DNA of 64,000 bases. Source: Takakia lepidozioides. Taxonomy: Eukaryota; Plantae; Bryophyta. The notes under the pieces were generated by a model, which did not search any database, was not told the DNA's origin, and saw only the letters and a list, made by a program, of their open reading frames with translations. Made by a program: the position numbers and the translations under genes. The stretch's first letter is position 1, and every line of letters begins with the position of its first letter. The stretch lies in assembly GCA_030704615.1 (NCBI GenBank), contig CM060731.1:31806001-31870000 (forward strand), written 5' to 3'. Positions 36,679 through 49,647 of the stretch are shown piece after piece.

Positions 36679-36858
36679 GGTGCCGTGGTACCTTGGCAAG
36701 TTCAACAATCATCCGTCGAAGATTTATTTTATTTTGAGAATTTCATTTCAACATATAGAATATTCTTAAAGATGCTTTATTACCATTTAATTTCACAAAA
36801 TCAATTTCCAAAATTTTCAACAATCTTTTGTGTCGAAATTGCCAAGGTACTACGGTAC
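36679..36858. mobile_element. MITE with about 22-bp TIRs flanked by TA (Tc1/mariner-type)
   Basis: gtgccgtggtaccttggcaa versus the reverse complement of ttgccaaggtactacggtac; AT-rich interior; TA on both sides. Confidence 0.75.
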
Positions 36859-37566
36859 TATGAATGAGAGTTTATGCTGAAAAATATTATACCACTGGAA
36901 TGCTCTTGAAATTTGGTTTCAACTTTCAACTTTCAAGCTCTAGTGGCCAGTCCGGATGGCTCTCTCTTCTGAGAAATGGAATCTACTTTCATCCAAAATA
37001 AACTTGAAAATGCATCTGATTATTTTTCACAAGAGATGTGATTTCCAAAGGAGGGGAGGTGACACCCAGGAAGGCACAACAGGTGCTTAGCTATTTTTGA
37101 CACTTTTTTAGAAACAAGCTGCAACTCACGTATGGCTCCTCTTTGTGAATAGTGAAATCTACTTTCATCCATAATAAGCTTGAGAATTGATCAATTTATT
37201 CTTCATAAATTGTTTAATAATAAAGATGTTACCTGGGATAGGTTTTACCTCGAAGCACATGAAGTCCTTTTCAGCAAATGATATGAGGTGACACTTGCGA
37301 AAGGCACAAGAGGGGCTTAGCGATTTTGGACATTGATGCAGAGTCTCCTCTTTAGGATAAAGAAAAGCCAATAAAGAGGAGCCAGTAAATTCTATGAAAT
37401 GTTTCTCACTCCATACCTTTCAGAGTGGTAACAAAAAAAAAAAAACAAAAAAAAAAATTTAAAAATTTACAAGGTGGCTTTTGAACTTTTGGATATTTGC
37501 ACTAATAAATTGAATTAACGCTTCCTCCCCTTTCTATTAAAATTTACAAAAAATAAAAAATAAAAA

Positions 37567-37665
37567 AATGTGGGCGTGCACCTGTTTCCTTCTGCTAGGC
37601 CTTTCATGTTAATGCACTCCTGCAAGACAGATATAAGTTTTGGAGTCTGCCCAATTGCTTCCTTG
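37567..37665 (-). other. About 100-bp copy of the PPR gene 5' coding region (18550-18651)
   Basis: Near-identical to 18550-18651 in the same orientation, with 2 small deletions and 2 substitutions; flanked by A- and T-tracts. Confidence 0.9.
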
Positions 37666-38859
37666 CCACCAATCATTCACAAATTTCAATTATATAACAA
37701 TGGGGCTGCTTCAGTTATGCAACCCACTTTTTTTTTTTTTTTTTTTTTTTTTTTTGAGAGAGAAAGCGTGGGGAGGTCCTGAGAATTGTATTGCAGGGAG
37801 TAGAAAGAATAACCATTCAAAAGACAGTGTGGAATCCACCCCATGACCCGGTAATGCACCTCCAGCTTAGTTGACATGATTCCACTAATAAATACTTGTA
37901 TTTAAAAAAAATTGCGGACCTGAAATTGAACTCTTACACAAAACTCCCACAATTTCTTTTTCTAAAATTTTAAAACATGGGATGGAAGCCCTATAAAATC
38001 CATTAAAAGGACTTGGAAATAATAACCAAGGCCGTGAGGGCTGAGGCAACATTTTTTTCTTCTGGATTTCGATTGAGGCACACGTGGCACCTTAGGAGTG
38101 AAAGGTTCAACTCGTGTGGCAATATGAATATATGTGATGTCAAGAAGCATGGATACACTTCCTAAATAGGTGAAAAAATAGGTGAAAAAATCAGTTGGAC
38201 CTGCAATTTAGTGGGGTCATAGCCACTCCACTATTGATTTGGAAATGGTGGGTCTTGGGGCAAGCAAAATTGGATAAAACTAGGTTTTGATTTGGTCAAA
38301 CCAATTTCTTTCTCACTTCTTTTTTGGGACCTGATATTTGAGGTTCGGGCCAATGCTATATTCTCACAATTTCCACGGTGGACTTGGCTCATTTTTTGGT
38401 ATGTCATGCATAAATGAGCTGGGCCCATTGCTATAAGGCTGGAATCTCTGGATGATTTTTGGTAGGTTTCTAGGGGCAATTTACTGGAGCTGGGTACCCA
38501 AAATTGGTAAAATGTCAAAAAAGGGCTTGGGAACTTAAGGGTTAACATGCACCACACTTGCAAAGAGCCAAGAAACAAGATTCAAGACATGCCAAACATG
38601 ATTACACTCAAACCAAGTAGACCAGTACATTGTGCCAGAAAAGTATGTATGAAAATTGATGAAGATTGTCTAGCATCATAGCCAATGCCTATACATCCCT
38701 GCAATCAACACATACTTGGAGCAACATAAACATACTCGGGGTTGTCCCTACGCAACCGCCTGAGTCACTGAAAAGGCTCACCACATCTTCTACAATCAAC
38801 ACATGTACACATAGCAAATTAACATATTAATTATGGGCTACCCCTATGAGAGTCTTATC

Positions 38860-40620
38860 TTCATGCCAGTCATTGATTGTCTCTTTGATATGGGGAGGTG
38901 CTTTGGGTGAAAAAATCTTGAGCATACATATATTGCACAATGGTGTTGAGGTGCCCATGCCAACAAGTCAAATTTGTAGCTTATTCTTGATGAAGGCTAA
39001 TGCAAAAAATGTGTGTTCGTCATGCACACTTAATCTAAGTACCCTGACAATTGTCATCTCAGCCAGTCTCATGTACTCAGTCAACCTAACAACGAATAAA
39101 CCAAACAATGATAGAGTTGCCACAAGTTTGTGAGTGGGTTCTAAGCAGATCACCACAACATATCGCGATATTTATGACTGTATATATGACTATTCTGCAG
39201 TCATAAACGGTACATATGACTTCTATGACTGTAAGTCGTGCAAACCAAGTGAATATAATGAGTACAGGATGGTACAGTCCGGATGACTACAGTCAGATAA
39301 ACCAAGTGATATCTCTCACTGCAGTCATATACACCATACTGCAGTCGCCGCTGCCGCGCCACGTGGCGAGGAATAATTGATTAAAAAAATAAAAATAAAA
39401 AATAATTTTTTTCAAAAACATTAAACAAATTAAAAAAATATGTCAGACGCCACATCGTACCGCGTTGTGCCACGTGGCATAATGCATTTTATAATAATGA
39501 AAAAAACCACATGGCAGCCCATCTAAGGTGCCACGTGCTATCCTTAACTCGCCTATTAACCCTATGGCCATCTTATCCATTTGATTGTACTTAGATGAGT
39601 TTGAACTTCCAACCTCTTTACTATAAGAGTCATAGTTTACTACTTGCTAACCAATACACCCACTAGTCATTCATGTGAACATATGGTGTTTTAATTGTAT
39701 TATACACACCAAATTACAAAATCCCCAGTAGTCATCATGACTATGTAACCTCATCCATGTACACTGTAGTCATGGAAATGACTATCAGTGGTGAGCTAAA
39801 TCTGGTCAATTGCCCTTGACCAGCCTTCTACCCATTCCGGAGTCATGTAGTCATACAGACGACTACTTAGATAGTCGTTTATATGACCACAGTCGTATGA
39901 ACGACTTCGCGAGGTCAATTTCATATAAAAACATGGTGCAGTCATGGTCAAAGTCAAGAAAATCATGACTACCACGGTTTGGCAGTCATAATTATCGCGA
40001 TCTGTTGTAGTGGATGGTTCACTTGTGCCTGCTTGCATCTTTATATAAGTCAGTTTGAACAACGACATCTGCAAATGATCCAGTAAGTTTCCATTGAATA
40101 GCTTTGACATCCAGTAAGCGTGACAATCAATAAGTCCGCTTCAACACTGAAATGTGTCTTGGGAAACTATCCTCATAGTCTGGTTGTAGGCAATATTGTG
40201 GATACACCACATCAATGGCATTCATTATCTTGCAATCGGGGAACCTCCTCTCAAGCTCTGCAACCAAGAGATTGACTGCAGCAGTGCATTAAGCTTTCAC
40301 ACTCTGAACAATGGTAGCAAAATCATCTCTACTCACCATTTGAGGCTGACCGATCATTAGAGACAACATATTCGCCATGTAAGATTGCCCCATGAGCTTG
40401 AATGACAAAGTTTCTTGACCAGTAGTCAAATCAAGCACCCACTTCTAACATTATTTCTACCACATCTGAAAACAGGAGAATTTTGAGGTTTGAATGTTGT
40501 ATCTGAATCAAAATACATCTTATTACATAGATCAGCCTAACAAATCTTCACCGCAGCCACATAATCACATACAAAAATATCTTTGGCTTAATAACCAAAC
40601 TTGTGCATATAAGATATCTT
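38860..40620 (-). mobile_element. Decayed hAT-like (ZNF862-like) transposase, interrupted by a CACTA element
   Basis: LVAELERRFPD..MNAIDVVYPQY and EYMRLAE..SVHDEHTFFALAFIKNKL (hATC dimerisation-like), with stops and frameshifts. Confidence 0.7.
39151..40012. mobile_element. Non-autonomous CACTA (En/Spm) element
   Basis: TIRs caccacaacatatcgcgatatttatgactg and cagtcataattatcgcgatctgttgtagtg; 3-bp TSD GAT; many subterminal atgact/agtcat repeats. Confidence 0.92.
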
Positions 40621-41564
40621 CTATATCGCATGATGCTTACCCGTGCTCAATTCACTCCGCCATTTGAGCTAGCTCTTTCTTACGTCCCAATAATTACCCA
40701 TGAATCCTCCAATTTGACGTTGCAACAATCTTTTCTCCCCACCATAAACGGAGCTGATCTATTGCAATCTCCACTATCGTACATCCTATCCACTTCATGC
40801 TCACTTTTCGCTAGCGAATTCAGTGCCCAAGCTGTACTATGTAGGCTGGGTGCATGAAGGTGGAATTAGGCTCTCCACCAATATAGCCAGCTTGGTCGAC
40901 CTTGGCGCCTCAGACCATAATCATCATCTCCATCTGGCCCATCCATTTGGATTGGATTGCCATCAAATTATGGCGCCATGAGTCTGCTTCATGGAGATCC
41001 CACTGCGACAACCTTGCATGTCGTTCATCCTCTAGTTTTGGCGAGAAAATGAGAAAAAAAATGCTTTATTTTCCTGTAGTGAGGTGGACTCCCACTTTAA
41101 ATTAGAGGAATTGCCAAGAAAAAAAAGGCTAAGCTATGGAAATACTCCCAAAGACCAGAAACCAACGAGAGCAAAAAAAAAACAATAGTATTGAAGACCG
41201 TCGACTACAGAGAACTAGAACACTAGAAAGAAGATGCCAACGAGACTAGCACAAGAACAATTATTGGAATTGCAAGAGAGAAACATCAACACAATCAGAG
41301 CTAGGCTGCAACATTAAATCATGAGCTTAGTTTTGAACTTAATATCCCTAATAACGTTGTCTTTCAACATTTTCGATTTGATCGAACCACAAAGTGACAT
41401 TTTTAAAATTTCCTAAACTTGAGATCCACTTGAAACTCTAGTGTAGTGGTGTAATGACTACCACCATATTCAATTGCAAGTCTATATGATTTTTTATCCT
41501 ATGGGATGTTTTGTATGGATTTATACATAAGGCTATGAAAGGTGAAAATGTCTATCCAGGTTTC

Positions 41565-41936
41565 TGTTGAAAATTTGATGAGTACAATCAGATAGTGTAT
41601 ATTACTGCAACTGTAAGGGAATAACTCATAATGCACAGCAAAGCTGATACAATGTTCAAACGAAATGTTAGACATGGCACTATGAAAACGAGATGGATCT
41701 TACTACAATAGTAAAAGCTGGTGAGAGAGAGAGCCCCCGCAAGTCTATCACTAAGTCCTACTAGGCACGGTGTAAAAACGAGATCACAAACCAAGAAGTC
41801 TATCTACGAAGAAAAGATAAAGTCACTAGTCATTGGTATCTGGAAGTCACTAGTCTAACGGCCAGGATACACTAATCTCGTTGAAACTGTATGAGTTGTG
41901 AGATGTCTGATTGTTGTATCACGAATTATTTCTACA
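41565..41936 (-). repeat. 3' LTR of Copia element
   Basis: Direct repeat of 46984-47332; adjacent to the PPT. Confidence 0.93.
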
Positions 41937-44547
41937 CTCCCACTCATCGAATCAACCATTACAGAATCACAAGTAGTTTCATCAGCCAAAACCACATGCC
42001 ATTACACCACATGCATCGCGGAACTTGTTAAACTTCTCAGCAGCTAGAGCCTTTATAAGAATATATGTCACTTGCTCATGTGTGCTGACATACTTGATGT
42101 CAATGACCTTCTCTACTTGCTTCTCTCGAGTGTAGTGATACTGGACATCGATATGTTTGGTGCGCTTATGAAACTCCGGATTATGTACCAATCTTATGCA
42201 GCCCATATTATCGCTGCACAGAGCCATTGTCTTTCCCTGCCCAAACCCAATGTCATGTAAGAGTCTGCGGAGCCACACCGCTTCCTTGGTAGCTGCTACA
42301 TATTCAGCCTCAGTCGTGGAAGTTGATGTGCATTGCTGACGTTGGCTAGTCCACCGTATTGCCCCGCCATTTAGGATGAAAACATATCCACTTCTGGATT
42401 TTCTAGTATCCAGATCCCTTGCATAGTCAGAGTCATAAAATCCGAGAAGTTAATTTGAAGAATTACTTCCACTGAAGTACAGACGGTACCTTTGAGATAC
42501 TTGAACACACGCTTGACAGCCTCCCAATGGTCTTGTTTTGGCTTGGCACTAAATTTTGCCACAATGCTCACGGCATATCCAATGTCAGGCCAAGTGCCTA
42601 TCATGGCAAACATGAGACTTCCAACTACTCTCTAATACAGCACACTCTCCACTTCATCCAGGATATCATCAGTAGGATCCAAGGAAGGTCTCAACTGGGA
42701 ATTAGGGTATGTAGGAACGAACACAAGGCATGCATCTTGCAAGCCAAACCGCTCCACGATGGTTGAGAATGTACTATCTCGTTTGACTGAGAAAAATCCT
42801 GCATATCTGAGGTCTGTCCCGAGTGATTTGAAGTCCAACATAGCAATATGTCTCACTGTATTAATCTCAAAAGTCTTACTGAGGTAATCCATCATCTCAT
42901 TGACTGTTGCTCGGTCAACACCGCATACAAGTCTATCATCTACAAAAATGGTTGCGATGATCTTAGATCCCTAAACACAAGGATCTGCAGAGCTAGGTTG
43001 GAGCTCATATCTCACCAAGAACTCATGAAACTTGGAATTCCACGCCCTTGATGACTGCTTCAGCCCGTAAAGACTTTTTTTTTAGGATACAAACCATATT
43101 TTCTCAGCCCTTCTCCACATAACCTTGCGGCTGCTCCATGTAAATATCCTCGTGAAGATCTCCATTAAGGAAGGCAGTCTTCACATCAAACTGAATGATC
43201 TCTATGTCTTCCGCTGTAGCTATAGCTAGGATGACTCGAATGGAATCAAACTTGATAGCGGGTGAAAATGTCTCATTGTAGTCAATTCCAGCAATTTGTG
43301 AAAACCCTTTTGCTAGAAGACATGCTTTATAGTGTGCCACTGTATCATTAGCCATCACTCTTGTTTTGTATATCCATTTGCATTTTATGGTCTTTCTGTC
43401 TTGGGGCAGGTGTATTAGCTCCCATGTCTTGTTCTCTTGGAGCGATGAAAATTCTTCGTCCATGGCCCTGATCCAATGGGCTGACTGGGCTGCCTCATGA
43501 AACGATGCAGGTTCTTCCATGGTCTCTATGTCTACTGCCACAACTATCCGAGCTTGTGAATCTTTTCTTCCAGCTGCTTCCCACCACTCTCCATAATGGT
43601 TTGGTGGCCTCATATTCCTCACTGGTCTTGTTATTACTTCATCACCATCTGTTCTTCCCTTTACAAATAGGTTCCCAGATGCGGTATCTCCCACTGCACA
43701 ACAAATTCTTCCTCGGTCTCTGATGGAGCTGGTTCTGATATCTCTTGATCCATTGATTCCAACTCGGGATTGATGCAGTCTTTCTCATCTTGCGGTGCCT
43801 CAGCTCCAATCGTGGCTTCATTCATGGTAATTTCGCCTTCATGGTTTCTTTTTTGAAGTGTAGGTTTTGTTGGCTAAAACCTTCTGTTAGCCAAAACCTT
43901 TTCTTCAAGATTTTGTTGACAAAAACCGTCAGTGGGTTGATCACCAGCCGAAACCCTAACTCCAAGGTCCCCACAATGAAGAACCTGGAAAATTACATAT
44001 CTGTCCCTTGATTGGATCCCAAAGCCTATATGCTTTGTTGTCACTGCAAAATCCAACCAACCTTAGCTTCAAACCCTTTGGATCAAACTTCTTCCTAAGT
44101 TGCTTGGGAACATGCATAAATGCATCATAACCAAAAACTCTGAAGTGCCCAACAGTGGGCTTTCTCCCATTCCATGCCTCAAATGGTGTTCGACTTATCA
44201 ATGTTCGAGTGGCCACACGGTTCAATATGTGTACTGCCGCTCCTGTAGCTTCTGCCCAAAGCTCAGTAGATAGCTTACTGGAAATAAGCATACTTCTGGC
44301 ACTTTCAACTATGGTCATGTTGTCTCTTTCAGCGACCCCGTTCTGCTCAGGAGTGTAAGGAGTGGTGGTTTCATGCACGATGTCAGCATTTTCAAGATAA
44401 TGTACAAAGTCTTGCCCATATATTCCCCGCTTCTATAATCTGATCTTATCTTCTTGATCTTCGTGCCAAGTTGGGCGGTTTCTACATGTTTATGAAGTTT
44501 TTGAAAACATGCAAACACCTCTGATTTCTCCATCATGAAGTACAATT

Positions 44548-45539
44548 CTCGGGGAGGTCACTCCCTATCTAATTTCCTAGGCACGTGAGGCAAATAGACA
44601 TTTTCTATGGGGGTATTAATTTTATTTTCTGAATTTTTGGCCACCCTATTATTACATAATTTTATAATATGACATATTTTCTTGTAGGCTATATTATTTA
44701 TATTTTATAGCAGGTTACAAATATTGGACACCCTATATTAACCTGAAAATTTAAAAAAAATTACGGGATAATGAATTTTTTATTTGCTGGAAACAAATTT
44801 ATCCAAAGTAGATGCATCAGCATCATTTTAAGTATAAAGATTCTGAGCAAAATCAAATCTCATAGTAACTGAACTAATAATCAAATTTATGTCTATCCAC
44901 TTGCTGTCAGTTACATCATATTTGAATTTCAGATGCCCTCTAGATTTTGAGAAGTAGTTGAGAAGCACCATGATTGTTGTGGCTGGCTTGTTAAGGAGAT
45001 CAATTGGTTGTCGAGAGACCTCCCACCTGCTCCCTCCCTTTCTTCTCATTTTTTATATTCTGCCTATCCACCATGTCCCTCAAAACCTATGGGCCGCCTT
45101 GCTTGTATTGCCATCCTTCCCCCTCAATCTACGCTTCTCCATTGTCACGCCCTGCAAGCTTCAAAACTTGTGGGCCACAATGCTTGCACCACTGAGCGAA
45201 CAACCCTTTCTTTATATCTGTCTAGCACAATGTCACCACGAATTGCAGCCGACAGGAGAGAGGGAAGCCTAGGGTTGTTGTGCACATGCGCCTACGCCCT
45301 CTCCGCTGCGTGTCACTGATCGACACGTGTCCCTTTAATCTCCACCCTATATTAGTTTTAATTTTTTTGAAGAATCCATCTTTATTTTGGACCCTATTTT
45401 AATTTAAATGTGGTGCCGCCAATATATTAGTACCCTATAGTATTTCTAAATATATTCTAAATTTTATTTTCTCAGAATTTTCGGCACCCTATATTTTTTT
45501 GCACGTCAGGTGGTAATATTTGGAAGTGATCTCCCCTTG
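44548..45539. mobile_element. Non-autonomous DNA transposon nested in the Copia integrase (8-bp TSD; hAT- or P-like)
   Basis: TSD gtacaatt on both sides; imperfect TIRs ctcggggaggtcactccc and ggaagtgatctccccttg. Confidence 0.85.
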
Positions 45540-46983
45540 GTACAATTCTGAAGCACTCATGTCATCCTTAAACAACTCAAAATATTTGGCACCTCCAACT
45601 GAGGTCACGCTCATGCCTGATGTTTTATCACTCCCTTCTGCTTCTTCCGCTGACACAGTAAGTGCTTGGTCTGGTACAATCATGCGAATATGAAGCTTGT
45701 ACAATTTGTGCTCTCTTGTACCTGTCATGACCTCTCTTCCCTTACCATCGATCAAACTACATCCTTCATTCATATATGTAGTTTTGATCTCTTTGTCTGC
45801 TGTCTGTCCAAGGCTGAAAATGTTCCTCTTTAGTTCAGGAACGTAAAGTGCCAGCTTGATCTCTCCTGCCACGATCTTGTTTCCAACCTTACAACTTATT
45901 TCAATGTCACCAACAGTGGCAACCCACAGCTTATGATCATCTGCAACGTGAACAGACCAAGTACCGCTCTCTACATGCGTTAAAGTTTTGAACCAATCTC
46001 GTCTATTTGTCATAAGACAGATGCACCTCCATCCGCATCCCAAGCTTCTTTGTCCAATTGCTTACTTGATGTGGCAACAAATGCGATACTCCCACTAGCA
46101 AGGATGTTTGGTTGGCTTTTCTCTTCATTGCTTCTATCTTTCCTTCTACTTCTACACTCTCTTGCCCAATGACCTTTCTCTCCAAACTTATTACATGTGG
46201 TCTTCCTCTTGAGCTCCTTTATGTACTCAGAGTCATCTCTTCTGCCGTTTCTATCTAGGCCATGGTTTTTGTCGATGGCCTTCCCCAAAAAAGCCTCATC
46301 ATCGTGTTCCCCCGATGCAGAGTCTTACCTTAGTCTCTTCTTTCAGCAATCTAGCAGTCAACCTCTCAATGGTCTGCTGATCCTCTGGAAGGTTATCCCA
46401 AACAACAATTATATGGAGGTAGCTTGAAGGTAGGCTACAAATTATCCTTGTAACAATGGCTGAATCAGTGGTTGTTTCACCCAAATCATTTAGCTGCCAT
46501 GCCATGGCCTCAATCTTGCTGATATGACTCGCTATGTCATTGCTAGGCTGTATCTTAAACTCAAAGAAACGTTGTTGCAGCACATGTTTGTTTTCCGATG
46601 CTGATTGCTTGTGGATAGTGATCAGTCGACCCCACATGTCGTGGGCAGTCTTGCAATTGATTAGCCTCTACAGATGCTTAGATCATCTACTGTAGCATAA
46701 ATATACATCCTTGCAGCATTGTTCTTGGTGTCCCAGGCTTGTTCAGTTCCCTCAGCTATCGCTCCTACCTGAGTGTCTGATCCATCAACTATCCCTAGAA
46801 ATTCCTTAGCTTCTAAAACTATCTGCATCTGAAACTTCCACATTTGAAAAATTCCCCATAGAAGTGCGTAATGTGTACAAGATCATTTACATCTGCCCTA
46901 GTTCCCATTGATCTATGTGTGTCCAACTACCGTGCTTAATCTAGCTCAATGTGTGTAGCTAGCATATGTGTGGGTCCATAACC

Positions 46984-47332
46984 TGTTGAAAATTATGATG
47001 AGTATAATCAGATAGTGTATATACTGCAACTGTAAGGGAATAACTCATAATGCACAACAAAGCTGTTACAATGTTCAAACAAAACGAAATGTTAGACAAG
47101 GCACTATGACTACAATCGTAAAAGCTGGTGAGAGAGAGAGCAGGTCCGCAAGTCTATCACTAAGTCCGCGTAAAAATGAGTTCACAAACCAAGAAGTCTA
47201 TCTACCAAGAAAGGATAAAGTCACTAGTCATTGGTATCTGGAAGTCACTAGTCTAACGGCCAAGATACAGTAATCTTTCTGAAATTGTATGAGTTGTGAG
47301 ATGCCTGATTGTTGTCACGAATTATTTCTACA
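46984..47332 (-). repeat. 5' LTR of Copia element
   Basis: Direct repeat of 41565-41936; adjacent to the PBS. Confidence 0.93.
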
Positions 47333-48143
47333 GTTTCAAACAAGGTGCAAAATTTCTAAACTTTAGGAGGAAATCCTATGGTAGATGTGCGGGTACATGC
47401 TGATGCCCCTTAATGTTCAATAATTTCTAAAATTGAGAAAATTAGTCACAAAATATAGCCAAGAGTGTGTAGCATACATGAGACCACATGAGTTCACTAG
47501 GGCGGCTAGGTAGGTGACACTCTTCATGCCACTCCAATCATCCCTCGATTCCCAGCCCAAAAGATGAGTGATCCTTGGTGAAAATTCGTCCATGTTAGAC
47601 ATTTTATTTTAATGGTTTGTATTTTTCTTGTGGGGCTGAGAGGTTGGATGCAGAGAGGGAGCCATGTAACTTGTGTCGAATTCATCTCGGTCTGATAGTA
47701 TCAGCAAATGATTACGCCAAAGAGAGTGATCCGATTGGGGTGGGAGATTCAGGGATAACTCAATACTGAAACAATTTTAACAAGTCACAAATGGTGAAAT
47801 CCTAGGCTTAGTATGTCCATTGAACAAAAGTCAGGTGTGGTTAGTGTTCTAAATAGGTTTTACTAATTCTCATGTTATTTTATGTATACAAATTGTAATT
47901 GCTCATTTACTAGCATGTCAATACCAGTTTCATACTCGGACGGCACAAATGGCACAAATACATACCAATGAATGTTTTTGAAACAATTAGAGCCTAAGTA
48001 ACAGGTTGTAAGGACTAAGGACAGTTGATCGGATTTTCTCCATTGACTTCTATATGATGCAAAGTCTTTGCCCTTAAAAAAGAGCCAAAAAAACAACAAC
48101 TCAAACTCATCATAGCACCACGGAACTTAGGTGGAGACCATTA

Positions 48144-48225
48144 TACGACACCCAACAAGGTAGCAGGATTGCAGCCCAAATTCATCTCCCTGGCACTCAA
48201 TGCACTATCCAACTGAGCTACGACG
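48144..48225 (-). mobile_element. tRNA-derived SINE head (truncated)
   Basis: Minus strand gtagctcagttggatagtgcattgagtgcca...ggctgcaatcctgctac has A/B-box-like motifs and is homologous to 57421-57500. Confidence 0.65.
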
Positions 48226-49647
48226 ACGACGACGGATGGTTGTTCTATACTAATGATCACAACCGATATGAGACATACAATATACGTACTTCTATATACA
48301 ACTGCATAATGTATTAACAAAAGAAAAACAACATCCAACATATGGCCCAATGGTTAAAGCACAAGGTTCAAAGCCACAAGACAAGTGTATGTTTGATGTC
48401 ACCCCTCTTCTGCCAACCTAACTTCTGAAAGTGGCTCATGGGGTCAACCTGTCACCTACTTTGTGGTAACTAAGGAATTCCAAGGCTTGGGCTGTCGGCC
48501 TTGTCCGCGTGTCGACCTTCTAACTACGGATGGCAACAGTCCTATGGGGGTGAAGTGTATGCGGTAAGGAAAGAACCCAAGAGTGCTCCTGCTGGACGCA
48601 GTGCAAGTACACTGAGGGGTGCCTTACTGTGGTTAAGTTTTGACATCAGCAATCTGCATCGAGCTCATCAGTTGACCTTGGATACACAGCGGAAGATTAA
48701 GGTAATCCTACTCCGGAAGACAATCACAGTCAACTGTCAAAGTGCTCCCTGAGAGTTGACACTACAAAAAACTGGACAGAAGTTGACTACACCATAGTCT
48801 TAAGCTTGATTATGCTTGCTTTGACAAGAGTCAACCTGCATAATTATGAGATCGGTCAAAACATGAAGAGCAAACAAAGATTGTCAGGTGCAACAGCAGC
48901 TACAATGGCGGCTGCACTTGTAAGCTGGCCTGACAAAGCGGGTGGCCGGGACCTGCACAAGCCCACCGCCCACTTGACTTGCGCTTGATCGAGGCTGGTA
49001 CATTCACGAGCAATGCTTGATCTCTCCAAGAAGAAGACGTGGAAAGAGGGGAATATGATATTTTTTCCTGGGGAGAGGTGAAATTTATTGCTGATCTGTC
49101 GTACTGCGTGCACGAGGCTTGGGTTACACTAGCACTAGCTGGATTTGCTTCTTTGCAAGTGAGGAGGAGAATACAATGTGGATTTGGCCCGGGTGGAGCG
49201 AAAGCTGTCCAGTTTCACCTGAGTGAACTGGCCAGCTGCAGACATGCCGGGTACGGTTAGCAGGAACAGTGGGTGAGGTGATCTGGAGAGCGACTTGGAA
49301 CCCTTCCAGGGCTGCAGGGTCTAGTATGCAGCGGTGCCCACCCTCCTCACAGGGCGACCAGATACCGACCGGCCTGGCAGTGAGAAGTTGAGGACCGTCC
49401 TTCATTGCGGACCAACTTTGATAGCTGAAGTGGCCAAGCTACCCCTGCCATTATTGCCAGTCTCTGAATTCTTGTGCATAAGTAACAGCTCTTGAGCGAT
49501 GAAGTTGCAAGATCATCGCAGCTGCTCAAATCTAGACTCATCGCTTTTGGACAGAAGAAGACGTGAGGCGCAAGTGCTCATTCCACTGACATTGCATAGG
49601 CGCTGACCCAACTGTCGAGCACTGAAATACACTTTAATTTTGGAGCC

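Larger units (their letters stand above)
41565..47332 (-). mobile_element. Full-length degenerate Ty1/Copia LTR retrotransposon
   Basis: TG..CA LTRs at 41565-41936 and 46984-47332; TSD GTTTC; PPT gagtgggag; PBS ggttatggaccc. Gag (WKFQM), protease, integrase (TPEQNGVAER, KFDPKG), RT (QFDVKTAFL) and RNase H (RTKHIDVQYH) occur in Copia order, with frameshifts. Confidence 0.96.

Noticed and set aside
36980-37340. Two diverged, roughly 180-bp tandem units
   Set aside because: Probably subterminal repeats of an old transposon; no CRISPR-like or satellite regularity.
48144-48400. tRNA gene candidates
   Set aside because: No complete cloverleaf or acceptor stem; treated as SINE-like.
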